Under the pieces are notes generated by a model. The model saw only the letters and a program-made list of their open reading frames with translations, ran no database searches and was not told where the DNA came from. From Paraspadella gotoi (taxonomy: Eukaryota; Animalia; Chaetognatha), in NCBI GenBank assembly GCA_051294375.1, contig CM119270.1, positions 19,285,572 through 19,349,571 of the forward strand: a DNA stretch of 64,000 nt. Direction: 5' to 3'. Numbering within the stretch: the stretch's first letter is position 1; each line of letters starts with the position of its first letter. Shown one piece after another: positions 26,300-44,687 of the stretch. Made by a program: the position numbers and the translations under genes.

Positions 26300-28400
26300 A
26301 TATTATTAAAACAAAACTTTAACGAGATAACACCCTGAAATAGTTACACCGAGACCATGACTGAACTATTTTCTTACCCATCCATTTCCCTCTCAATTCT
26401 ATATGAGATCATATTGTTTGTAATTAGTCAATTAATCCAAATAACAATAGACAAATTCATTTTCATTTTCTTGTATGATGGCGAAGTTTTTTTCTCTGCT
26501 TGACTCCCCTTGCTGTCTAATTTATCTCTAATATTTTAAAACGCCGGTATTTTCAAAAAAACCTTATGAATTACATTACCTGACTATTTCTTCACTTCTT
26601 TTCTTCAACTCTCCCTTCTCAAACACAACAAACTCAACACCCATAAAAACATTGTTTTAATTAATAAAAACAAAATTTGATTGAATGATTTTTTGGGAAA
26701 AAAAAATATTTTGAAAACTTGAGAATAATGGATTATGAGTCAGGAAAAAACAATTTTGCAATTCTAAAAAAATTCAGCCTTCATCGCCCCTTTCCCCGAT
26801 TTTTCTACGAGGCGTGATATTTTTTTATTTTTTTCGAATCCATTTTAATTGTCTATTGCAAAACCATTATTTCTCCAATGACGCATAGGTCGCGATGAAC
26901 ATTTTTTTTTCCTAACAATTTGACCAAATTTTTTCAAATTTTTAATTGAGGCTTCATTTGGCGGAAATAAATAAATAATCAGTTACTCTACGTAATGCCG
27001 GTACATCTGGAAAGTCGATATGTCTCTAGAATTGAGCACACAAAAATTTTCTTAAATTTTATTTTTGAAATTTACAGTATATGTACAACCAGCAAATAAG
27101 TTGAGATACTCCCGCTTTGCCGAAATTTTTATTTAACAAACAGATGTTTACTGGGCCGTAATCTGTAAAAAACGTATTTTTTTTTAATAAACTCTTTGAA
27201 AGACAAAGCAGTCAGAGGTGGATGTAGGTATCAAATTTGTAAAGCCCTAATCATGGAAAACCTCTCTCTAAAACGAGTTTATACAAATTAAATCCCTAAA
27301 TAGATATGTTGTACCTACATGGCTTTTTAGTCTGTCAAGTCAGAGTTTACATGCATTCGTAAGCGAGTTTTCTCGACTATTATATAAATCAATCGGATTT
27401 TTAATTGAAGGACATTATGAAATTTTCTTGTCTGTCTGTCTTTGTAAGATTTGACTAAGGTGAACTCGACGTAGCGCAACGTAGTCGAGAAGAAAAAGCG
27501 GTCCGCAATTAACTCTCGACTTTTCTGTGACGCTGCTGTATTATTAAATTTTTTTCGCTATCTCCACGTAAAAATCGCAAGTATACGCATGATCTCATTA
27601 TTTGTTCAATCAATGTTGTTCCAAGTTGCATAAAATACTCTCAGCGGTCAAGAAAAGGCAAAACTTTTTGTCATCTGTGCTTTGATAAAAATATATTTTT
27701 ACCTAAGCTATCAAACATTGATTAAATGAGACAAGTGTACTGATACTCTCCTAGCGTGGTGGATCTTACATACTAGTTATAGTGTGCATGCTCTATCAAT
27801 CTTCTTTTCTGCTTCGTGTCTATTATACCAAAAATGAATATATCAGAATGTTTGCTCAAACGCCGTCATTTTATTCTATTATCTTTAACTGCTCCAAAAC
27901 TCTAAAAGCCTTGACATGACTGCACGTTGTTTATCAATTAAAGATTTGTGGTTTCATATAGAGGATTATCTGTCTCGTGCCGGGGTGGTAATCGAATGAG
28001 AACTGCTGCTCTGAGAGAGAAGAACTTGATTGTTTTAATTGTGATGATGAATTTTTGTTTAAACTCTAGCAAGAGAAGTTAATCTCTCCACGCTATTTCG
28101 ATCTCCATTTTACATTGACGAGAAAAAGATTATTTCATACTCTGGTCAAACTATCCCCATTGGGACTGCAATACAGGGCTTCATTGAGTGACCTAATGAT
28201 TGAAATTTTTTAGGATGTTTCTTCTCCTCTCTGTCACAAGATATTGACAGTCCCACCTCGGCTCGTGTATACTGGGTAATATACGGGGATACTGACTCTC
28301 AAGCAGTATCGGCATCTACTTATTATACATATACACGGTGCGACGATGTGTCTGCAACCTGCCATTTTGCAAATTTTGGTTCCTCATTCTTTCCTCCTGC
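26300..28400 (+). pseudogene. Frameshifted family-B DNA polymerase relic, probably protein-primed (Polinton/Maverick/adintovirus-like)
   Basis: Colinear motif remnants: LIEASFGG (26942); an ANSLYP-like motif A that needs indel correction (about 27092); QMFTGP (27141); HGFLVCQVRV and FVSEF (27318-27370); LLNFFRYLHVKI (27541); K-x6-Y then QTLI..DK..D motif-B-like (about 27687-27745); intact VIYGDTDS (28276-28299). Confidence 0.5.
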
Positions 28401-28800
28401 CTTCTCAATTGTACTGTTATAATAAAGCGACGAAAATTCGCGTCACATCGAGCGATTATCATCGCGCGTTATCCAACCTGATTCGTCGTAACCTCTCTGT
28501 GCGACTGTGCCCCTCAGCCTACGTTCGGAGAATCCGGCCGATGAGATATCTGAGTGCGTGTCAGTTCGAGAGCGGTCCTCATGGGAAATGGCAGTCGCAT
28601 CTACTCTCTTCTCTCNNNNNNNNNNNNNNNNNNNNNNNNNAGAGAGAGAGAGAGCGAGAGAGAGAGTGAGTGATAATTAGGCAGTCAGCCTCGAAAATAA
28701 TTTCCGTCATTTGTTTTTGCGAATAAATTTTGTTTCGGTTTAACGAGAAAAAAAAATCGCGCGGTTGACTCATTCTTGTTCCAAGCATTTTTTGCTTGGA

Positions 28801-28850
28801 AGCTTGATCGCTTTTAAGCTTGATTGCTTTTAAGCTTGATTGCTTTTAAG
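28801..28850. repeat. 16-bp tandem repeat AAGCTTGATTGCTTTT, 3 copies
   Basis: Directly visible. Confidence 0.9.
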
Positions 28851-30499
28851 GATTTTGTAGACTCAGTAATGGGAAATCTCCTGAGCGTCCTATCACTTTT
28901 CTACCGTTCCATAAAAGATATTGACCAGATGTTAAACAAGGAAGGACGGTCTAATACCTAAATTATTATATCGTTATTATATTATATCAGGCCTCCCAAT
29001 GAACTAAGTGGAAGAATTTAAAGAAAAGAAAAAAATAAATCAAATGTCAATCAACTCCGTCCCCTCGGCACCGCGTCTCGCCCAGTGCGATGCCAGCGGC
29101 GCCGCATCGTGCTTTTTTCTTCAAGCATGCTTTCCCGGTTGCTTTAGGTGAGCGCGTTGGCGCCCAACAAAATATCGCCTACGAAGAGTCGATAGTTCTT
29201 TGCTACGCAGACGAGCACGACCTCCGCTACGCGGTTTGACAACGAGTGACTTCGAGAACGCTGCGCGTCCGAATCTCCCGCTGCGTAACAAGAGAATTTC
29301 AATCGTTTTTCTGATCTCCTTTGAGCGAATTGATCGGAAGTCAGACGTCGTCGTTGTCGTCGTTGCCGTTGTTGTTGTTGTCTTTTTTTTCTGTTGTTGT
29401 CGTTGTTTTCATCGTTGTCATTGTTGTTGTCGTAGTCGTTTTGGTTATTGTCTTTGTCCTCTCAAGATCCTCCTTGTTGACGCTTAAGCTCACCGTCTCA
29501 CAATATCACCTTCGTGAATCGTCCTCAGAGTTTTCACGGAAGTCTCCTTCTTCAAAGTCACAGTGAATCTCACAGCGAACGCAATGGTCGTTTGTGCTGT
29601 CGTCGTCATCGTCTTTTTCGTCGTCGTTATCGTCGTCTTCATCGTCGTCGTTATCGTCGTCGTCATCGCCGTTATGACAGCTGCAGTCGCTTGTTTTTAT
29701 TTTTCCAAGGATCACCGATTATGAGGGCGTGAAGGAAAAAAAAATGGAAGAAAAATAAAAAAAAAAAGCGGGCTTGGGACGAGAAAAAAAAGAAACAATC
29801 TAGCACAATTTACATCAGGCAAGGAATCTGACCATCTCACACAGCTGCGAGGTACGCGGAGAGATCTACCAGTGGCCGCAAAACTCTCGTTTGACAGAGT
29901 CGCGCGCCTTGGAGGTCGCTACCCTCCGACGAGCCTTACATCACCCTAAGGGATTCCCAGTGGTTTTACGAGGGCACCGTCTTGCCTTAGGTGGGAACTA
30001 TTATTTCTCTTAGTACCTTTTAAAAGTTTTAATATGTCAGATTGTGTTTATCATATTTATTATTCACTTAGGGTGCACTGTAGCGGATCGCGGATTTCCG
30101 CCAGCGACGATCCCGTCTCACTTTTCACAAACTCGCGCTCCGGTCGACCAAGACGGACTCCAGTCGTACACAATAAGCATTTAGACTCAAGTCCCGTCTC
30201 AGCCAGGAGAAGAGTGGCCGTGATAAAATAAATGATATTGAAAACATATAATTTAAGTGACGTTACTCATCTCAATAAAATAACATTCCAAAAATGAAAT
30301 GGTTTTAAAACATAGAACGATTATGTTCACTATGTAAAACGCATTGAAAATAGTAATTAATACATGTACAGAGAAGAGAATTAAGAAACACAAAGAATAA
30401 AAAACCTGTAGACGACGCTACGTAAGAAGTAGCTAGCAGAATAGCTGAAATGAGAGGTTGAGAGAGAATGTATTCTGATGCCTACATTAGAGCAATTAG

Positions 30500-31192
30500 A
30501 GTATCTCTTAAGTAATTCCAGGGATGATTTGCGAAAGCCGTCTCCCCGGCGAAGAATTGAGTCGACACAGGGAGAAGACGCTCCAAAGTCGCATTCGCGT
30601 ACCCGGACGCTCCGTCGAGATATTCACGGGAGGTCGCGAGTTTTGATTTGGAAAAAGGCCTGAGAGTAAGAAGAGAAAAAGAAGCAACTCAATAAGTGAG
30701 TTGTAGTGCGGATATATTCAGCACCACAGTACGTTAGCCAATCCCACGATGTGACATCCCCGACAGGCAGAGCCCAGGCTGTTTGCCATATTTGCATGTG
30801 TCTGAAACAGATAGTGGAAACCCCCATTTTTTTATTAGCCGAATTTCCATTATGAATGTTATTACGATAGAGGAAAATAGAGAAAACTCTTAACGATTAT
30901 AGTATTACTATGGAATTTGGTACAAGCAATATGAGAGAGATTTAAATTCATTCATTAAGAAATGCAATCTCTCGTACAATGTTATCCTATTTTCATTCCG
31001 CCAATTCTCCCTTTCCAAAGTCGACGCGATCGCCGCCAACTACTCTCTCGCTCAACCTGCTCCCTTCGCGCCGTCCAACCCGAGGCGGACCATTGGTCCT
31101 CGGCGCCGGAAGCGAGGACGCGCATCGTTAACGAGACTCGCCTTCTTTGGTACGCCGACTGCGCCAAAACGGCGTCCCGTCATTCGGTGCTC
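30500..31192 (-). CDS. Two candidate exons (about 31192-30987 and 30660-30500) encoding a fibronectin type III-like domain
   Basis: Minus-strand acceptors TTTTCCTCCTAG and TCTTACTCTCAG. Joined reading with indels: VRLGWTA...WKGRIGGMKI|GLFPNQNSRPPVNIST...GYANATLERLLPVSTQFF, resembling FN3 W...G-I-G-x-I...L-x-P-x-T-x-Y/F. Donors are not clean. Confidence 0.35.
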
Positions 31193-33896
31193 TAGGAGGA
31201 AAATCCGTAATTACTACGGGGTAAAGTCCCAATCTGGTTACCTCATCCCTGTTCTAAATATTCAAACTTAACATTATGCATTACCTAAATAGCACTGAAA
31301 TTCAAAGTTCTGTATTAACTTTTTTCATATCTTATTATTGGATATATTCCACACTTTCTAGATTACCTGACAAAGACGTCAACAAGTCCTTCGTGACGAC
31401 TCACGTTCTCCACAAGCCGTCTGGAACGCGTCGAACCTACCGATCAAGGTGAGGAGAACCTTCGAGATTAAGATCAAACGTTGGCTTTTAAATAACGTGG
31501 TTCTTAGTTTTGTCCCCCCCCTTTAATTTCTCCGTTTCAATCCGGTGTCAAGTCGCGGGACAGGAGGCCGCTTGTTAACTTGCGGCGTGACGGCGGGAAA
31601 TCCCGACGCAGATCTCAAATACTATGGCAGATTCGACGAGAAACATCGGGCATGACGAGAGAAATCAAAGTGAATCATGGATTTTTGAGTATTTTTAACG
31701 AATAAACTCTAGGTTGTTAAGCTAGACTGATAAACTCTTTGTAAAAGCTTGCAATGCGAGCTGCGTGGTCACTGGTCAGGAAGAAGGCTTTAAACCCACG
31801 TAACCTGTTCATAGTCACTGACTAAAATATTCGATGAACAAGACATCGATTGCCAACCTGACTATTAGTCAGGTTGGCAAGATGTTTTGCTGATCGAATA
31901 ATTTTTTATAGCAGTTGTACCCAATCTTAATGAGTCATATGTCAACTGCTTCTCAAGTCCAAACTCTTTATTATTGCTTCTTGTGCCACTCTCACTTCAT
32001 CCTCCTTCTCTTTCAACTCACCATCTCCCCTTAAATCCACCCTCCCCTTAAAGGTCCGCGCCTCGGCCTCACTCTTCGCGCCTACACCTCGTCGCACCAA
32101 CTCAATCGGCTCGCTTCCTTCTCCGTCTCTCTCATCGGACGCCGATTCGTCGCCGGCGGCGGCTGCGCGACGGAGCGCTCGTCGTCGGCGTCGTCGTCGC
32201 CGCGCTGCTGCTGATCGTCGTCGTCGTCTCTTCTCGTTTGTTGGTCTCGAAGAGGAAGAGTTGAGGAGAAGGAAGAAAGGTGAGTTATTTTAACCCTTAA
32301 CCATACGATTAATAGAATCATTGAATCGTTGAATATTCTTTATTTACGATTATAGAGGGCGTTTCGCATCGACGAGCCATTCCCAGATTCACGAAAGAAT
32401 TTCCGCTTCGTCCGTCGTCCCCCGCCCGCTGGGCAGCCGCCGCGGCCGTCGCCGCCCGCCGACGCGCATCCGCTGAACGACGGACGCTTACGACGACGAC
32501 ACGCCGCCCAACGCGTCGACGTCCGAAGAAAGGAAGTGGAAGACTGGCATGGAAAGAAAAGATCTCTTGTCGGAGGGGAGAAGGGAAGATGGAAGAGGAA
32601 AACGCAACAACCCTTCACTCCTCGCGGCAGAGATTGTGAANNNNNNNNNNNNNNNNNNNNNNNNNGAAAAGAAACTATGGGCGAGTCTCTAACGGCCATT
32701 GCCTCGCTGAGCAATCGGCATTTCCATCTGGCAATATGGGAGGAAGGGAAAGGAAGAAAGGAAAGGGAGGAAAGGAAAGGGAGGAAAAAGAAAAGTGCAA
32801 GGAAGGCAAAAAGAGGATATAACATCAGTGTATATAGTATCTTATCATATTTCTCTTTCATTCTTTTATTTATTCTTTCATTCTCTCATTCTTTCTTTCT
32901 TTATTTTTTTCTTTCTTTCTTTCTTTCTNNNNNNNNNNNNNNNNNNNNNNNNNNNNNNNNNNNNNNNNNNNNNNNNNNNNNNNNNNNNNNNNNNNNNNNN
33001 NNNNNNNNNNNNNNNNNNNNNNNNNNNNNNNNNNNNNNNNNNNNNNNNNNNNNNNNNNNNNNNNNNNNNNNNNNNNNNNNNNNNNNNNNNNNNNNNNNNN
33101 NNNNNNNNNNNNNNNNNNNNNNNNNNNNNNNNNNNNNNNNNNNNNNNNNNNNNNNNNNNNNNNNNNNNNNNNNNNNNNNNNNNNNNNNNNNNNNNNNNNN
33201 NNNNNNNNNNNNNNNNNNNNNNNNNNNNNNNNNNNNNNNNNNNNNTTCTTTTTTTCTTTCTTTCCCCCCTTTTCTGCTTTCTTTGTTTTTTTTTCTTTTC
33301 TCTTTCTTTTCTCTCGCGCGCTCGCTCTCTTGCTCGCATAAATTTGCTTTTAAAATCGCGAATTATTGTCGCTCCCTGGACTGTCATTTAAAATCGCTCG
33401 CTAGATGGTTTCTAGAGCCGTCTTTTGCTCTNNNNNNNNNNNNNNNNNNNNNNNNNNNNNNNNNNNNNNNNNNNNNNNNNNNNNNNNNNNNNNNNNNNNN
33501 NNNNNNNNNNNNNNNNNNNNNNNNNNNNNNNNNNNNNNNNNNNNNNNNNNNNNNNNNNNNNNNNNNNNNNNNNNNNNNNNNNNNNNNNNNNNNNNNNNNN
33601 NNNNNNNNNNNNNNNNNNNNNNNNNNNNNNNNNNNNNGATTAAAAGGACGATGAAGATTACCCCCAACGTTATTTTCATTTCTCTTTTCTGTCCTCGTTA
33701 TGGCGTTTGATGCAACGTCATAACTCCGCCATCTTGTCCGAGATGTTCATGATGACGACGATGACGACTAAGACTACGACGATGACGACGAAGATAACGA
33801 CGAAGATGACGACGACGACGTTGGGCACGACCGCAAAAAAGCAACAATTGCAAAAACGTGCTGAGAAATATTGAGATATCGAAAATTCCGCCGGAG

Positions 33897-39905
<6,009 letters not shown>

Positions 39906-42014
39906 GGGATGCTGGAGGCGGTGAGTGTTCGCCATGTTTTCGGCCCGCCTCCACTCCGCGATCGCCTCCCGAGACGCCGTCCGCCTGCGCCTCCGTTTTG
40001 GCGTTTCGCCCTGCTCATTTTTTTAGGGGTAGGGCGCCGGATGCGCCTCGCTGCATATCGCTACTCCTTAACGACTCGCCTGCCGGCTTTGTTGGTTAAA
40101 AAAATGTAACATTTATTGTTGTTGTATTTGATGATGAATTATTGTTTTTAGTAAAATTCAGATCAATGGAGGTCATTTGAAAAAACTTTCAATTTGTTTA
40201 TGGTTTAAGGTAATGAAATAGAATAAATACAATAATTTTTTTTTGTTTTTTTTAAATAATAGTATTACTTTTTTTTTAAAATCTTCTTTTTTAACAAGAT
40301 ATATATTTTAATTTAAAGCAATTTTTGGCAAGAATATAAAAAAAGAGAAGAGGGAGAACGAGAAAAGAAAGAGATAGAAAGAAAGAGAAAAAAAGAATGG
40401 GGAGAGAAAGAGGATAAAGCTTCTAGAAAAAATACTTAGGAAGGAATATTATGTGAGAATAAAGACAAAATTTATTGTTTGTTTAAAATTTAATAAGAAA
40501 ATTTTAAATTATTTAATTTATGACTTTATTTCATTGCTTTTTTTATTTACTCTTATTCCTCTTCACATCACTGCTCTTTTTCATTTTCTCTCTCAAGTCT
40601 TACTTTCTCTGTATTCTTTTTTTTTAATTTTACCTTCTTTTTTTGTATTTCTTTTTTTTTTAACTTTCCCAAATCAAACATTTAATTAATTTAATATGAT
40701 TATTAAATTAAAAAATAGAAAGTATTAATTTTATTAATTTGTTTATAAAAATTTTAATTAAAAATCCAAAAATGTTTGAGTAGTAATTCAAATCAGTAAA
40801 AATCGAATTGTGTAATTTATTTAAAAAATTCTAATGATTAACCTAATAATTTTATATCTTTTTACTTATTGTGCGAATTATACAAGAAATTTTTTTTCAG
40901 CTGTTTTTTCATTCAAGCTGAAAGTTTTTAAGTTTTACTTAGAATAGAAAAAAAGCAACAATGCTGGAATTGCTGATGACGATCAAATGTCATAGGCGAT
41001 AATTAATTAAAAATTATATTCAGTTAAAACAATAATTATTATTTTTTCCTTAAATATTAATTTAATTCATAATGTATTATTTTACCAAATAAACGTAACA
41101 AACAAATGGATAATTGTCCTAAATTGTTTATACCTAATTTTAAATGAATGGTTTTTTGTAATAAATAAATTGATTAATTAGATTTAAGATATAAAAAATT
41201 AAACATATAAGTTAAAAAGGTAATATAAATTTAAAAAATTACAAAAAAAAAAAATAATTACAAGTTAAAAATAGATACAAGTTAAGAAATAAGGCAATGT
41301 TTAAAAAAAAGATGCTTGCAATTTAAAAAATGAATGCAATTTGGCAGAAAAAAATGATGCGAAGCTGGGGAAAAATGATATAGGTTAAAAAAAAATTATG
41401 CATTTCAAAAATCAAAAAATGATGCGAGATATAAAAATGATTTAAAATGAAAAAATGATATAAGGTGCAAAAATTATGTAAGTTAAAAAAAAAAAAAAAG
41501 AGGAAAACCTCGTAAAAAAATTGACCCGTTGAGAGTCAGGCGTCTCGACGTCGCGAGATTACAAATCCCGGCCGATGATTGGTCCGATTCTAGGCGGAAG
41601 ACCGCGACGACCACGACGACGACGTCAACGACGAGTCGCTCTAGTGTCAATGATTAAGCGGCCGCGTCAGGATTTGATTGCAGTTCTGCATGCGGATTCT
41701 TTGGACAGGGAAATTGAGGGAGAGAGAGAGAGAAAGGAAAGAGGGAAGAGAGAAGAGAGGGAGGCAGTGAGAAGAAGGGGAGGAAGGAAGGAGAGGGAGG
41801 AAAGGTAGGAAGAGAGAAGAAAGGGAGGCAGAGAGAAGGAGAGGAAAGAAGGAGAGGGAGGAAAGGGAGGAAGAGTGTGGAGGTGAAAGAGGAAGGAAGG
41901 AGAAGCGGAGAAAGAGGTGGAGGGAGGAAGAAGAAAAAGAAAAACTAACTCACTTAATAGGAGAGACTGAAAAGAGATGTTACGTAAAATGAAGTAGACT
42001 ACAAATTTTACTTA

Positions 42015-42135
42015 AATCTTTAATCGTTATTAGTTAATCGTTAATCTTTAATATTTAATCGTTAATAGTTAATAATTAATCTTTAATCGTTAATAGTTAA
42101 TCGTTAATCTTTAATCGTTAATAGTTTACTTTTAA
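42015..42135. repeat. 7-bp-based satellite (TTAATCG/TTAATAG/TTAATCT)
   Basis: Directly visible. Confidence 0.85.
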
Positions 42136-42351
42136 TCAAAACGAATTCAAAACTATATCAATCGTTGCAGTAGAAATTTTATAAAAATTGAAATTGTGAC
42201 GAAATCAAAAATCATGAATGGAAACCAAGCAACACAACACAGCAGAACACAATAGAATTAAACACTGCACAACACAACTAACCAAAACACAAACTACACA
42301 AATAATGACCCGTTTTTAAAAATATCATCGACTGCTTGCTGTCAAGCTTTT

Positions 42352-43916
42352 TTAAGTTAAGAAAAGAACCAACATCACAGGAACGAGCGTGAAAAGGACG
42401 TGGTATATGTGAAAATTTTTATTTCCATTTTCTTCGATGAAAGAAATAAATTCGTCGAATATTTGGTCCAAATTTGTCACAATTTCACGCAAAACTGGAC
42501 GATCGTAATCATTTCCGTAAAATCGATCGAATCTACACCCGAATAATATTTTGCTCATCGGAATCAAAACGAAGTAAGATGGTGACTTTGTCTCCCAACC
42601 GTAAGACATGCCAACTTCCAATTTGGCTTTGTTTAAATTGATTTTAAATACATCTATTTTGGAGAATAATAATTCAGAATCGTTAGATCTCTCTACTTGG
42701 CGAGAAGGGAGCATAGTTTCGGAAATACAAAGTGATAAAAGTGATAATGCTAAAGCGCTCTGGATTATTAAGTTAAAAATTCGCTTTTTTACCAAAACAT
42801 AAGATAAAGAACTCGTAATGATAAAAGAAGGTAAAAAACTTACACAAAACAAGTACGAATAAAACTCTTTCATAAAAATAAAAGTAAACATTTTCATGTG
42901 TAAACTTTTCCAAAGTCGCTTAGTTTCTGTTTGGTTTAAATCGATGTTTTCGAAATCACACAGATATTTCGTCCCGTTTAATAAATCGGAAAGGTAATTT
43001 TCATTGGGCTCATATAGTTTAATGATAAGTGGAAATGTAAAAAATAAAACATTGACAGCGAAAAGCGTAACAGATCTAGACGATGTGGTTTGTGAAAATT
43101 TTTTAATAACAACATTAAAGAGTAAAAACAATAAAGTCATCGGCAGGCAAAGTATAAAATCATTAAAACGATTTACTTGGGTTTTTAAGTCAATCAATTT
43201 AATGTTTTTTGATAATACATCTTTACATTTCAAATTCTCCAGTGGTCTTATTTTTATATCAGAACATCTTGAAAATAAATCAATGTTTGAAGTAGCGATG
43301 ACTTTATTTAAATGATAATAATGTTTTGCTGTTACAAAAATACTGGAAACAACGATTATTAAAGGAGATAATAAAGCAAAACAAGAAAATAAAATATTTC
43401 GATTTATTTTGTGAATTTTAAAAGTTACACAACAAATATAAAATGTTCCTAAGATTGCATCAAATCCGGTCATGCTTAAAATTGTTAAAAAACTCGGAGA
43501 AAGAAAATAAAAATTACCCAGTTTCAATTTTATATCAGGAACGGCGTTCGTTACAATCAACTTGCTTTGTTTTACAGATTCGAAAAATATAATTTTTTCA
43601 GGATTTTTGCAATCGAGCAATAAGGATAAGTTACGCTCGCCATGTTCTTTAAATATGTTAGGATATTCAGCCAACCACTTTTCATTGGCCAAGTTTTTAA
43701 CTTGAACGCAAAACTTCCCGTCATCATTCTTTTCAAAGTCCCAAAGCCCGAAAAACACATTTGGGCGACGTCTCTTCTATAAATTTAGAATAAACCCCCA
43801 TGGATAGTCAGGACGTCAAACCATTGATAATACCATTCTGATTAACTCGTTACTGTTCGAAAGAGCGCATGACGCAGGTGATTCGTTAATATGTCAATAT
43901 GCTTTCGATCATGTAC
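42352..43916 (-). CDS. Large terminal exon encoding a multi-pass membrane protein region; probable 3' exon of the XK-related gene
   Basis: 468 open codons (43758-42352) in very AT-rich DNA with about 7-8 hydrophobic segments. Acceptor TCTTTGTTGCAG just before 43916; 43916-43760 needs frameshift correction. Confidence 0.75.
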
Positions 43917-44525
43917 CTGCAACAAAGATCAAAATAATATTCAACACCGGCGTCAGTTAAAATTAGATGATGAATGCTGAATTTGGGATGTTTTTTTTTT
44001 TTTTTTTTTTTTTTTTTATTTTTTTATTTTTTCCTTTAATTGAAAAGTCTTTGGCAGAAAATATCACCACTCAAAAGGAATCGCTATTTCATCTCAAGAT
44101 ATAGAAACGGTCTTAATAACGCAGAGAGTCAGGAGCATAAATAACATATTAATCCTTTAAGACTATTGACAAGTAAAAGATACAAGAACAAAAGACGACG
44201 GATCCATGATAATAGGTCAGTATCTTATTAAACAATCGAACCAGTTTCATCGGGAAACCATTACTTTGGATAGAGAAGATAAACGGGTCAGAGATTAACA
44301 TTTGGCCCAAGACAATCTGCATGTTATCAATGACGGTGAGAGGTGGCAACACAGTCTATTTTCATAGACATATTAAATGTGAAGAACTTTAGTCTACAAC
44401 TGATCAGTACAAAGACGCAAATCATTTCTCACTATAAGAATATTAAATATAATTTAAAGATGAGATAACTAAAAAATTCTTTTTACACACAAGTTTATAT
44501 TACAATGGAAGATGTTTCGACTCAC

Positions 44526-44589
44526 CTATTGGATTTACAGAGTACTTCATGCGGATTTTCGTCAATATTACTCATCTTACTGCTGCACA
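44526..44589 (-). CDS. Small internal exon candidate (SKMSNIDENPHEVLCKSN)
   Basis: Poly-T tract with AG acceptors and a GTGAGT donor at 44525. Its phase-2 end joins the 43916 exon as N-R-YMIESIL. The join to exon 1 needs a 1-nt correction. Confidence 0.45.
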
Positions 44590-44687
44590 CTCAACAAAAA
44601 AAAAAAGAAAGGCTAACTACAATATCATAAAACTAAAACTCGAATTATTAATCAATAGTTTGCTTATTAATTTAACCATTAATTCAC

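Noticed and set aside
29942-29998. Pseudoknot-like pairing CCTAAGG/CCTTAGG and TTCCCA/TGGGAA
   Set aside because: The stems are short, no HDV-ribozyme core was identified, and it is compatible with chance.
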